Shown: positions 18,434 through 27,951 of the stretch, one piece after another
Layout: each line of letters starts with the position of its first letter
Numbering within the stretch: position 1 is the stretch's first letter
Origin: Desulfobacterales bacterium
GTDB taxonomy: Bacteria > Desulfobacterota > Desulfobacteria > Desulfobacterales > SURF-7
Direction of reading: 5' to 3'
DNA: 64,000 nucleotides
Assembly: GCA_018693105.1 (NCBI GenBank)
Contig: JABHLN010000001.1
Span: 4,750 to 68,749, forward strand
Position numbers and translations under genes: made by a program
Notes under the pieces: generated by a model
The model's database searches: none
What the model saw: only the letters and a program-made list of their open reading frames with translations
What the model was told of the DNA's origin: nothing

Positions 18434-18563
18434 TATTAGTTTTATTGGTTTAATTAGTTATATTGGTTTTATTGGTTTAGTTAGTATTATACGTTGAAAC
18501 GGCTATTGGTTTTGTTTTTAAGCAGTTAGACCACTATAACTAATAGAACCAATCAAACCAATA
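18434..18563. repeat. 9-bp tandem repeats (NATTRGTTT), forward block and inverted block
   Basis: Six units at 18434-18487, one at 18504-18512, reverse-complement units at about 18537-18563. Confidence 0.8.
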
Positions 18564-18579
18564 AACCGGTGTTGTGCCC

Positions 18580-19032
18580 CTATTCCACATCCCAGTTACT
18601 GATATCCTTGTCAGCATCTTCGCCTCCTGAAAGGCCGTCAGCACCATATGAAGCAATATCAAAATCCCCATGACTGCCGGGAGAAAGATAAATATATTCA
18701 TTACCCCAGGGATCCATTGGAAGCCCTTTCTTCAAATAGCCTCCCTTCCTCCATTTTTTCGGTACCGGAGCTGTTGCCGGAGCTTCAATAAGTGCCTGAA
18801 GCCCCTGCTCGGTGCTGGGATATACACCATTATCAAGCCGATATAATTCCAAGGTGGTTTCAAGACTTCCGATATCTGTTTTCGCCCTTGTAATCTTTGC
18901 ATCATCCGTTCTTCCGATTAATTTTGGCGCAACAGAAAGAGCCAGTATTCCGAGTATTACAATGACAACCATTATTTCAATTAGTGTAAATCCACTGTCC
19001 CAAACTTTTCCTGAACAAATATTTCTTCCCAT
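18580..19032 (-). CDS. gspG: Major pseudopilin GspG
   Basis: G|FTLIEIMVV, YRLDNGVYPSTEQGLQAL, DPWGNEY, YGADG. Confidence 0.96.
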   Translation of the reverse strand: MGRNICSGKVWDSGFTLIEIMVVIVILGILALSVAPKLIGRTDDAKITRAKTDIGSLETTLELYRLDNGVYPSTEQGLQALIEAPATAPVPKKWRKGGYLKKGLPMDPWGNEYIYLSPGSHGDFDIASYGADGLSGGEDADKDISNWDVE

Positions 19033-19070
19033 TATTGCTCCATGCTCGGATATATATCTTTGTTTAATTT

Positions 19071-19104
19071 TGATGTTTTTGTAAAAAAAATAACTGATGG
19101 CTAA
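19071..19104. repeat. Degenerate end of family A element
   Basis: TGATGTTTTTGTAAAAAAAATAACTGATGGCTAA resembles TGATGAACTCGTAAAAAGTATAACCGATGGCTAA. Confidence 0.6.
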
Positions 19105-19445
19105 ATGTTTCCATTATGGAGGAATTTGCAATACCGTCAGTTTAACATGGTCGGTTAACTATTACTTATAATATAAGAATTGTATGATCAAGCGTAAAAA
19201 AATAAATGAGAAAAATCAGCATTTTAACAATATACGCAAAAACCTGTCGATTTTGGCTATATTTTCCCCTTTTCGCATAAATACAAATTATTATAATTTG
19301 TTATGAAATAAAACCATATAGTTTTAAATCGCATCAATCATCAACATGAAAATAATGGAGCGGCAGGTATCATGATCGGCGAGCCTCAACCCTGATATTG
19401 AAACATCCGGGGGGGGGTAATGTAAGATCAGTTGGTATATTGGAG

Positions 19446-19492
19446 TTCAGGGGGGCTTTGTTAAAGATATTTTTTATCAAAACGCCCCTGAA
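19446..19492. terminator. Long imperfect hairpin downstream of yjbQ
   Basis: TTCAGGGG..TTTGTTAAAGA-TAT-TTTTTATCAAA..CCCCTGAA; no clear U tract. Confidence 0.4.
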
Positions 19493-19510
19493 TGGGTGCT
19501 CAATAGACAC

Positions 19511-19939
19511 CTATTTCGTTCCGACAATCGTCACCTCAATATTTCTGGACCGGGGACGGTTGTCATGGTTTATTGCAACAACCTGCTGCCACGTGCCAAG
19601 CTTTAGTGATCCGTTTCTTACAGGAATGCATATCGAGGGTCCGAGCATTGCTGCCTGTACATGGCTGTGACCGTTTCCGTCATTCCAGGCTTTTTCATGT
19701 TCATAATCCAGCCCTGGCTCTGCAAGCATTGTTATAGCTCTTTTTAAATCCTCAATAACACCTGGTTCATATTCAATAGTAGTCAATGATCCTGTAGATC
19801 CGACTATCGTCGCAGCAAGATTTCCTTTGGTAATTGGGGATTTTTCAACCAGACAATCAAGTTCGGCCGTAATATCACAAATATCCGGTCCTATATCCAA
19901 ATCAATTGTAATTGCCTCAGTATATAATAAAACAGACAT
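19511..19939 (-). CDS. yjbQ: YjbQ/UPF0047 family protein
   Basis: NGHSH and LGTWQQV motifs. Confidence 0.9.
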   Translation of the reverse strand: MSVLLYTEAITIDLDIGPDICDITAELDCLVEKSPITKGNLAATIVGSTGSLTTIEYEPGVIEDLKRAITMLAEPGLDYEHEKAWNDGNGHSHVQAAMLGPSICIPVRNGSLKLGTWQQVVAINHDNRPRSRNIEVTIVGTK

Positions 19940-19987
19940 GAGATCCTTCTTAAATACCTTCGCATAAAATTCGTTTTTACAGATCCC

Positions 19988-21967
19988 TTAACGCAACCCT
20001 ACATCCCAGTTCCATTTTCCGGGTCGTTGTTTTAATTGAACACCTTTAGGCAAATGTTCTTCCATATGGACAAAAAGTGAGTAACCGGCTTTCATCAATA
20101 CTTCTCTTTGTTTTTTTATATCCAGTATCCAATTGGGATATACCCAGTAGTCGGAAAAGTATTTTTTTACCCATCCCTTTTCTCCACGAGGGCTCGTGAA
20201 TGCTTTTGAAGTTTTTATGTCTTCGGAAACAGTTCTGGATATGCAAAATGGCCAGTTACCGGAAATAACTATACCTAAAGGCAAAGGAGAATGCTTCGGT
20301 AGTTTATAATAGTCCTCACTTCCTAATTCGGGGCTTACAATAACACCGGAAAACCCTGCATCTGACATTGCTTTAATTGAAAGAGGATTTGCTATATTAC
20401 AGAAAGGCCCTGCCCAGAGATTAAAACCTTTAGTCTTAGGGAAAAATGCCGTTTGCCAGGGGGCATTAAGTACAAAATTTCGCCCTCCTCTTTTTATAAA
20501 ACTACCTATAGACTCCCTGAGTTTTTGTTCATCATCAGGCCACACTACCGGAGGTAGCCACCACCAGTTTCCTCTTATAGTGTTTTTCTTTGGCAAATGT
20601 TCCGAATCCGAAGCTGACATCCAGAGTCCAGGGATCTGTCCTGCCTTTCCCCTGCCTGCTTTCCGTCTAACCACCATTTCAACAGGTTTAGCAGGTTTTC
20701 TGCCTTTTTTTGGAAGCCTCACGGTAAAATCCGAAGGCTTAACTAAAATCGGGTCTCTCCTTGCAAGCTCTTTTTCAAGTCCTCTTATAAGGTCAGACAA
20801 CCCCTTTTCTCTTCTGTCTATAAGAAAAACAGGGGTTCCGTTTAAAGGAATATTTTTTGATGGGACCTTCAGATATAAACGGCCCTTTTTGGGTACAGAT
20901 TTTGTCACCTTAGAGATTGAATGTCCTAAGCTATCTTCATAACCAATCCTTAGAAGATCACCGGCCAGAAGATTTTCCCTTGGAATAATAAATGTTTTCT
21001 GCTTTCCCCCTTTTATAGTTCCCACAAGCATACCTGAACCTGTATGAGTTTTAACACTTACAGGCGGCTGTGGTCTCTGGGGTAAAAAATTATAATGTGT
21101 GCCGTGCCGCCCAAGGGCCTGTTCAAGATAAGAAAGAGCCCTTCTTTTCATCTCAGGTTCATTACCGTGGTCTCTCAATAACTTATACGCCGAAACCGTA
21201 TAATAAACGTAATGCGGCCCTTTTTTCCGTCCCTCGATTTTCCAGGTGGATATTTCAGGTATTGTTAAAAGAACCTTTGCCAGAACATCCACACTCAGAT
21301 CCTGACATGAAAAAAACCTTTCACTCTGATTCTTCTGTGAATAAACTCTTCGGCATGGTTGGACACAACGCCCCCTTAGTCCGCTCTTTCCCCCAAGATA
21401 ACTGCTCCAGTAACACCTTCCTGAAACACCGTAGCAAAGAGCGCCGTGCAAAAAAATCTCCAGGCTGGCATCTTCAGGGCATGCAGCAGACATGGCCTTA
21501 ATTTCATCAATATTAAGCTCTCTTGGTATAACCACCTTCTTTACACCATGGTCCTTAACTGCTTTCTTTACCCCTTCGGGAAAACTGACATTGGCCAGGG
21601 TGGACAAATGGATCTCACCGGCAAAACCGGTTTGTCTTGCAAGGGCAGCAAATGCCAGATCCTGTATAATAATTGCATCAGGTTTCACTTGACTATTAAG
21701 CTGGTCAAGAAGTTTTCCGCACATTTCAAGTTCACCGGGTTTTACAAGAGAATTCAAGGTTATATAAACCTTTGTCCCTTTCCCATGGGCAAGCCCCACA
21801 AGAGACGCAAGTTCTTCCATGGTAAAATTATCAGCTTCCATGCGGGCTGAAAAGCTCTTTAACCCGCAGTAAACAGCATCTGCCCCTGCAGCCAGAGCGG
21901 CAAGAAAAGAAACCTTGCTCCCTGCAGGAGCCAAAATGAGTGGATGTGGTTTTGTATTATTCTGCAT
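19988..21967 (-). CDS. U32 peptidase family protein (long form; RlhA-like Fe-S RNA hydroxylase by inference)
   Basis: LAPAG, GADAVY, HGALC..SGRC..RGRCVQPCR, KIEGR. Confidence 0.88.
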   Translation of the reverse strand: MQNNTKPHPLILAPAGSKVSFLAALAAGADAVYCGLKSFSARMEADNFTMEELASLVGLAHGKGTKVYITLNSLVKPGELEMCGKLLDQLNSQVKPDAIIIQDLAFAALARQTGFAGEIHLSTLANVSFPEGVKKAVKDHGVKKVVIPRELNIDEIKAMSAACPEDASLEIFLHGALCYGVSGRCYWSSYLGGKSGLRGRCVQPCRRVYSQKNQSERFFSCQDLSVDVLAKVLLTIPEISTWKIEGRKKGPHYVYYTVSAYKLLRDHGNEPEMKRRALSYLEQALGRHGTHYNFLPQRPQPPVSVKTHTGSGMLVGTIKGGKQKTFIIPRENLLAGDLLRIGYEDSLGHSISKVTKSVPKKGRLYLKVPSKNIPLNGTPVFLIDRREKGLSDLIRGLEKELARRDPILVKPSDFTVRLPKKGRKPAKPVEMVVRRKAGRGKAGQIPGLWMSASDSEHLPKKNTIRGNWWWLPPVVWPDDEQKLRESIGSFIKRGGRNFVLNAPWQTAFFPKTKGFNLWAGPFCNIANPLSIKAMSDAGFSGVIVSPELGSEDYYKLPKHSPLPLGIVISGNWPFCISRTVSEDIKTSKAFTSPRGEKGWVKKYFSDYWVYPNWILDIKKQREVLMKAGYSLFVHMEEHLPKGVQLKQRPGKWNWDVGLR

Positions 21968-22165
21968 TATTTTTCACAACCCGATAATTCTTTCAAAAGA
22001 TAACTCATTAAAATTTAATATATGAATCATGTAAATATTTATCAAAAACATATACTTCTTTCAAGATTCAAGAATAAAATAAACCATTTATTATATTCTT
22101 GCCCGTGATATGTTCTGATGGTATATATCTTATTCATAAATAAAAGCAATGGAAGGATAAATAAT

Positions 22166-22921
22166 ATGAAAATAGCTGTAAGCGGAAAAGGCGGAGTCGG
22201 AAAAACAACATTCTCAGCCCTTATGATAAAAACATTTAACTCACTTGGAAAACATGTTCTTGCAATAGATGCAGATCCTGATGCAAACCTTGCCGGAGCT
22301 TTAGGCATATCCGATTCCGATAAAATCGTTCCTATTGCAGAAATGAAAGAACTTGTATACGAAAGAACAGGAGCAAAGCCCGGTACTGTAGGTGGCTTTT
22401 TCAGTCTCAATCCTAAAGTTGACGACCTTCCTGAGGCATTATCCGCCAAAGTTGACAATATAAAACTTATGCGTCTTGGAGGAGTCAAAAAAGGTGGATC
22501 AGGGTGCCTGTGTCCTGAAAGTACATTACTCAAGGCACTTGTTATGCATGTTGTGCTGGCAAGAAATGAGGTTGTTGTACTGGATATGGAGGCGGGAATT
22601 GAACACCTTGGAAGAGCCACCGCAATGGGTGTTGACAAACTAATTGTGGTTGTTGAACCTGGCCGCCGCAGTATAGAGACCGCCAAGAACATCATGAAGC
22701 TGGCATCAGAAATCAAACTTGACAAGATAGCTGTTGTTGGAAACAAAATTCGCACCCAAAAGGATGAGGATTTTCTGAAGCAAAATCTACCGGGTTTTGA
22801 AATACTCGGTTTTATGCCATATGATGAAGAGCTGATAGAGGCTGATCTGGACGGGATTTCCCCCTATGATGTTGATTCTAAAGCCAAAGCTAAAGTAGCT
22901 GAAATGATTGCCGGATTATAA
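22166..22921 (+). CDS. cooC: CooC/AcsF nickel-insertion ATPase
   Basis: MKIAVSGKGGVGKTT, DADPDANL, GCLCPE (CxC), DMEAGIEHLGR. Start moved to ATG 22166. Confidence 0.9.
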   Translation: MKIAVSGKGGVGKTTFSALMIKTFNSLGKHVLAIDADPDANLAGALGISDSDKIVPIAEMKELVYERTGAKPGTVGGFFSLNPKVDDLPEALSAKVDNIKLMRLGGVKKGGSGCLCPESTLLKALVMHVVLARNEVVVLDMEAGIEHLGRATAMGVDKLIVVVEPGRRSIETAKNIMKLASEIKLDKIAVVGNKIRTQKDEDFLKQNLPGFEILGFMPYDEELIEADLDGISPYDVDSKAKAKVAEMIAGL

Positions 22922-22927
22922 ACAATA

Positions 22928-25045
22928 ATGCAGAAAAAGTATTACAAAAAAAGATCCGCAAGGCATCCTAAAAGAAAGATAATACAGGGTAAAATTAGAC
23001 CAGGTTCAGACCCACTATTAAAAAAGATTTTTCAGTCTATAGGCGTTCCTGAAGAAAAACCGTTCAAACCGGACCCTTTTCAGCTTGAAGCCATCGACGC
23101 TATTGAACGTTCAGACTGTCTTGTTACAGCTCCTACCGGTGCCGGAAAAACATGGATAGCAGAAAAGGCTGTATCACGAATTCTTAGCAAAGAGGGCAAA
23201 GCATGGTATGCAACTCCTTTAAAAGCGCTTACCAACGGTATATATTCACATTTCTGCGAAGTTTTCGGTGCAGGTTATGTGGGTATCCTTACAGGTGACA
23301 GGAAAGAAAATACCGAAGCCCCTGTTATTATAGGAACAACTGAAATTCTGCGAAATCATCTTTATGACGCAATGGAAAAAGGTGAGGATCTTGATGCAGA
23401 CCTCGTGATACTTGACGAAGCCCATTTTCTGGGAGATGAGTCAAGAGGCGTCGTGTGGGAAGAGATAATGATATACCTTCCGGCAAGGATACCGCTTCTT
23501 ATGCTTTCGGCAACCATAGGAAACGCAAACCAGATTGCCGGCTGGCTTGAATCAATACGATCAAAAAAATGCCTTATTGTAAATGAAGAAGATAGACCTG
23601 TTCCACTGCATCACCTTTTTTTCCATCCTAGCGGCACGCTTTTACCCCTTGTCAAAAATAGGGAGCAGAATAAGAAAGCCGTCCTGGATAAGAAAGTATT
23701 ATCATATATTCAGAGTGATAATCCGCCGCTACTATCACCACCTCAAAAACTCCCCCCTATGGGAGACATTATCCGTGTCCTGAGAAAGTTCAAACTTCTG
23801 CCTGCAATCTTTTTTTTAAAATCCCGTATGGATTGTAATAATGCCCTTGAACTATGTACAGGTGAAGGGCTTGCCAATGATCCTGAAAGAAAAGCAAAAC
23901 TGAGTAAAAGAATCGAGGAACTCCACAGCCAAAGCTCCCATCTTTCGGGCCACAAGCAGCTTTGGCATCTTGAACATCTTGCTGTAGGTTCACATCACAG
24001 CGGGCAGCTGCCATCATGGAAGATTGTTGTGGAAACCCTAATGTCCGAGGGTCTTCTTGATGCAGTCTTTGCCACTTCTACTGTTGCCGCAGGGGTGAAC
24101 TTTCCGGCAAGGACGGTTGTAATATTAAACTCGGATCGTTACAACGGGACTGAATTCCTTTCATTAAATCCCACTGAGTTCCACCAGATGACAGGGCGGT
24201 GTGGAAGGAGAGGAAAGGATAAAGTAGGCTTTTCAGTCGTACTCCCTGGCAGGTTCATGGACTTAAGGCTTGTCTCAAAACTTATTGAAGCTCCTCCTTC
24301 ACATATTCACAGCCAGATCAGGATTAATTTTTCCATGGTCCTGAACCTTCTTCTTTCTCATACACCGGGGCAGATAGCTGAAATGCTGGAAAAATCTTTC
24401 GCTACATATCTTATTTCAAAGAAAAGTAATAAAAAGAAAACCTTAAATTTCTTTGATGAAAGCAATAGTTACCTGTGGAGAGATTTCCTCCAGCATCTAA
24501 ATTTTCTTAAAGACAATAACTATGCATCTGAAGACGATATTTTGACCGACGACGGAGTCTGGGCGTCAAAGTTGAGAATCGACCAGCCGCTGATAGTAGC
24601 CGAAGGGTTCAGGCTTGGTCTTTTCCCTGAATCCGACCCCGCTCTTCTTGCCGGAATAATAGCTTCTTTCGTAAATGAAAAGGACTCTAAAGACGAAAAA
24701 CTGAACTATGAGCATATTCCCAAAGAACTTGTTTCGGTTTTTCTTAATATCAAAAAAAGACTTCGGCCGTTTACAAAGAGTATGAGTTCAAAAGGTTTTG
24801 GATTTAAATCATTATACCTAAGACCTGCAGTTACCATACATGCATGGGCATCAGGTATGCCCTGGGAAAAAGTACTTTCAATGTCCGAAATAGCCGAAGG
24901 TGATCTCGCCAGGCTGATCCTGAGGACATCGGACAACCTCATGCATATCCGGAACCTATCGGATGTATTTCCTGAAGCTGCTCGCAACGCAGGATATGCA
25001 ATCGAACTGATAAAAAGAGAACCTGTAATTACCCTGTTCGAATAG
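22928..25045 (+). CDS. Ski2/HelY-like DEAH-box helicase
   Basis: APTGAGKT, TPLKAL, DEAH, SAT, QMTGRCGRRG, C-terminal EGDLARLI. Confidence 0.9.
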   Translation: MQKKYYKKRSARHPKRKIIQGKIRPGSDPLLKKIFQSIGVPEEKPFKPDPFQLEAIDAIERSDCLVTAPTGAGKTWIAEKAVSRILSKEGKAWYATPLKALTNGIYSHFCEVFGAGYVGILTGDRKENTEAPVIIGTTEILRNHLYDAMEKGEDLDADLVILDEAHFLGDESRGVVWEEIMIYLPARIPLLMLSATIGNANQIAGWLESIRSKKCLIVNEEDRPVPLHHLFFHPSGTLLPLVKNREQNKKAVLDKKVLSYIQSDNPPLLSPPQKLPPMGDIIRVLRKFKLLPAIFFLKSRMDCNNALELCTGEGLANDPERKAKLSKRIEELHSQSSHLSGHKQLWHLEHLAVGSHHSGQLPSWKIVVETLMSEGLLDAVFATSTVAAGVNFPARTVVILNSDRYNGTEFLSLNPTEFHQMTGRCGRRGKDKVGFSVVLPGRFMDLRLVSKLIEAPPSHIHSQIRINFSMVLNLLLSHTPGQIAEMLEKSFATYLISKKSNKKKTLNFFDESNSYLWRDFLQHLNFLKDNNYASEDDILTDDGVWASKLRIDQPLIVAEGFRLGLFPESDPALLAGIIASFVNEKDSKDEKLNYEHIPKELVSVFLNIKKRLRPFTKSMSSKGFGFKSLYLRPAVTIHAWASGMPWEKVLSMSEIAEGDLARLILRTSDNLMHIRNLSDVFPEAARNAGYAIELIKREPVITLFE

Positions 25046-25125
25046 TGATGGTGTTGTAAAAAGTCTCCATCTATTGTGTTATAAAGTTTGCCCAGACGTT
25101 CTATTTGCTACATGTATGCCTTCAC
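25046..25125. repeat. Left half of family A element between convergent genes
   Basis: TGATGGTGTTGTAAAAAGTCTCCATCTA..ACATGTATGCCTTCAC; starts immediately after the helicase TAG and contains the stop of the opposite gene. Confidence 0.8.
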
Positions 25126-26093
25126 GCTCTGCAATTAATACTTTCAATTGCCTCTCCGGCTGCTTCTTTAACCATCACACTGTATTCACCTGATATAATC
25201 TTTTCCAGTTCAGATATATTACTATAGTTGCCGGATTCTCCTATCAGGTAAAGAATATCTCCTTTCACCTGATCATCCATTTCAGGAAACTTTTCCAATA
25301 AAGGATTAATGGTTCCGGCAGCAAGGGTCTTGTCTTTCTCTATTACCTCTTCCATTACAACCATAGCGCCAAGTCTGACAGGCCACTTTTCATGCATAAG
25401 AAGTTCATAAAACGATTGAAAGATAGATCTGCTTTTTAGCATCATTTCAGCAACAAGCGAAGCATTCCCGTCTTTAATAATCCCTTCCAGTGAGGAGGCT
25501 CCAAGTTGTGAAGGATCACGATCATTCATTGCATCTACAAGTTCATGAACCGGAACCGATCCTGTCCATCGGAAATCATCATCAAGAAGTAGTGTGGGTG
25601 CTGACATGATCCTGAATGTTTCCGTCTCTTTCGGAAAAAGAGTTCCATCTATTATGGAAATATGCATGTACCCGCATTCAATTACCAGGGGTATAATCTG
25701 TTGTACTACAACAGGACAGTGCGGACAGTATTGGGCAATAAATAACTTGCAACGGGCTGGTACATCAACACTTCTTAATTTTTCCAAAACCGAATCAGGT
25801 AATTTCACAACCCCTGATGCAACCTGTTTCAGGGCATCAAGGAAAATATCAATTTCAGTACCCACCGGAATCGCATGGAATCTTATTCTCTCATGAATTT
25901 GAATTGCAGAAGGTTGATCATCGTCACTTTTCTTTATTGTAACATCAATCTTCGGTACAAGGCTTGCCAGTTTCTCACCAAAAGCTTTAAACTCAACCTT
26001 TAAACCATCATCGCCCATGTAAATATTGATTTTTAAATTCTTTTCCAGGGATTTTCCAAACTGAATAAACTTCTTTTCTTCCTTTTGTTGCAT
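25122..26093 (-). CDS. Thioredoxin-fold (AhpF N-terminal-like) protein with C-terminal HEAT-like repeats
   Basis: P.GTE, CPHC, IMSAPT; HEKWPVRLGAM and LYLIGE helical repeats. Confidence 0.75.
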   Translation of the reverse strand: MQQKEEKKFIQFGKSLEKNLKINIYMGDDGLKVEFKAFGEKLASLVPKIDVTIKKSDDDQPSAIQIHERIRFHAIPVGTEIDIFLDALKQVASGVVKLPDSVLEKLRSVDVPARCKLFIAQYCPHCPVVVQQIIPLVIECGYMHISIIDGTLFPKETETFRIMSAPTLLLDDDFRWTGSVPVHELVDAMNDRDPSQLGASSLEGIIKDGNASLVAEMMLKSRSIFQSFYELLMHEKWPVRLGAMVVMEEVIEKDKTLAAGTINPLLEKFPEMDDQVKGDILYLIGESGNYSNISELEKIISGEYSVMVKEAAGEAIESINCRA

Positions 26094-26131
26094 ATTATTT
26101 CTTTATCTCAAATATTGGCTCAAAGACCAAA

Positions 26132-27250
26132 TCACCAGACTTTTTTCTCACGATACAATTTATTCATCTCCATAAGATTTTCTGCCGGGACTTCATCCCT
26201 GACCTTCTTCATGGTAATGGCATCTTCAGGGCAATGTGTTGAGCATAGTCCGCACCCCACACACCGGGAGTTCTGGATAATCATCCTGGTATCCGATCCG
26301 TCTGCTTCGAAGCCCGGAAGTTTTGTTATGGCATCAAGCTGACAGATTTTTTCACATTTCTTACAAAGATTGCACTTTTCATCATCCATCTCCGGCTCGA
26401 AATTTGACCTTACAAATGAGCGGGGATTATGAAGCTCTACAAGCCCTTTCATAGCCTTACAGCAGCAGGTACAGCAATTACAGATTACTGCCGCACCATC
26501 CTGCACATTTGCCGTAAGATGCATGAGCCCGTCTTCCTCACACTCTTTCAGTCTCTGTAAAGCCTCCTCCTTTGTCCATTTTCGTGCGCCACGGTACTTT
26601 ATAAGGTAGTCTGCCCATGCGCCAAAAACAAAATCAGCATCAACAAGATGATTGCATTTTCTTGATACCACCCTGCATGTGCATGGAATAACCGTTATAA
26701 CATCTGCATTATTAATGATATTGTGGACCTCTTCATACGGGAGAATACTTGAAGATGATTCAACGGTTTGGTTAACAGGGATAACCCTGAACTGTGAATA
26801 GTCTGAAGAAGCCATTTCATTCCAGAACCCTTCAGCGGCATATTTCCCAAACAGCCTGGCTAGCTTTCTGCTTTCATCGTTATCAATACCATCTGCAAAA
26901 GTAGACTCCATAGCGCCGGGAAGCAGGGTCCAGAGAGCGTAATATTTTTTCCCGTCCTTTCTGCTGGTCGTGACCAGAACCCGCCCTTCCCTTGCCATAC
27001 ATTCAACATTTTTTTCAACTTCAGCTGTATCACGCCCCATTTGTTCAGCAAGATCCTTCACAGTAATTCTTCCGGAACTTGAGATAGGAAGCGCCATGGC
27101 ATATTCAACCTGTTCAGGAGTATACATCATTGACAGCATCTCCATAAGCTCTTTTGTTTTGCGAAGTTTTGTCATGGATACTTCATTAATATGCTGTCTG
27201 AGTTCTTCGTATATGTCACTTCCTGCTGATTTAACATCTTTACTTTTCAT
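26132..27250 (-). CDS. 4Fe-4S dicluster protein with N-terminal HTH-like and Cys-rich domain
   Basis: CTCR, ICNCCTCCC, CNLCKKCEKIC, CVGCGLCSTHCP. Confidence 0.85.
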   Translation of the reverse strand: MKSKDVKSAGSDIYEELRQHINEVSMTKLRKTKELMEMLSMMYTPEQVEYAMALPISSSGRITVKDLAEQMGRDTAEVEKNVECMAREGRVLVTTSRKDGKKYYALWTLLPGAMESTFADGIDNDESRKLARLFGKYAAEGFWNEMASSDYSQFRVIPVNQTVESSSSILPYEEVHNIINNADVITVIPCTCRVVSRKCNHLVDADFVFGAWADYLIKYRGARKWTKEEALQRLKECEEDGLMHLTANVQDGAAVICNCCTCCCKAMKGLVELHNPRSFVRSNFEPEMDDEKCNLCKKCEKICQLDAITKLPGFEADGSDTRMIIQNSRCVGCGLCSTHCPEDAITMKKVRDEVPAENLMEMNKLYREKKVW

Positions 27251-27330
27251 CCCCCCCCCTTATACCCGGACATACCGGTAAAGTTATAACAAGTTCTCTG
27301 TTTTTTTTTATTTTAACCACTAGCTGATGG

Positions 27331-27951
27331 CTAAGTAATAACAGGCAGAACTTCCTCTGCAAAGAACTCAAAAAAAGGCCCGCGATACTTTTTTATATAA
27401 TGCATAATATCATTTGATTCGTTATAATCAGGAGTATCTGATACAAATTTAAAAACTATACATTCAATCCTGAACTTTCTACACGCCTGAACAACAGATG
27501 CTGCCTCCATATCGCATAGCCCTGCATGTTGAGAAACCTCTTTTCGTTTTTCATGAGATATAACGGCCCTGTCCTGTGTTGCAACTTTTGCAGTCCTGAA
27601 ACCATCCAGCACCATGGGTTTATGCACAAATGCCCTGCCGGATTTAAACTCAGGTCTGTCGTATTCAACTATTTCGTTTATGTGGTAGATATCTCCCACA
27701 GAGGAAGTTAAATCAGTAGCACCCGCAGCCCCAAGATTACATACGAGTTCGGGCTTATATTTATCACAGCAGTACATTGCACCCATGGCAGCATTTGCCT
27801 TGCCGATACCGGAAATAACAATAACAATATTATCATTCATAAAAACCAGAAAAGGGTCTCTTTCTGTTCGTATTAGTGACATACCCTCAACAAAAGGCTT
27901 TGCCTCGCCCATGGTTGCCATTACAATCCCGATCACAGGATTTTTTTCCAT
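27331..27951 (-). CDS. mtnN: MTA/SAH nucleosidase; probable (amino)futalosine hydrolase (MqnB role)
   Basis: SGIGKANAA, NLGAAG, DMEAA, FVSD; last gene of the mqn operon. Confidence 0.82.
   Translation of the reverse strand: MEKNPVIGIVMATMGEAKPFVEGMSLIRTERDPFLVFMNDNIVIVISGIGKANAAMGAMYCCDKYKPELVCNLGAAGATDLTSSVGDIYHINEIVEYDRPEFKSGRAFVHKPMVLDGFRTAKVATQDRAVISHEKRKEVSQHAGLCDMEAASVVQACRKFRIECIVFKFVSDTPDYNESNDIMHYIKKYRGPFFEFFAEEVLPVIT

Noticed and set aside
19988..21967. U32 protein as a UbiU/UbiV quinone hydroxylase linked to the mqn operon
   Set aside because: It is a single long protein several genes away, and menaquinone synthesis by the futalosine route needs no such hydroxylase.
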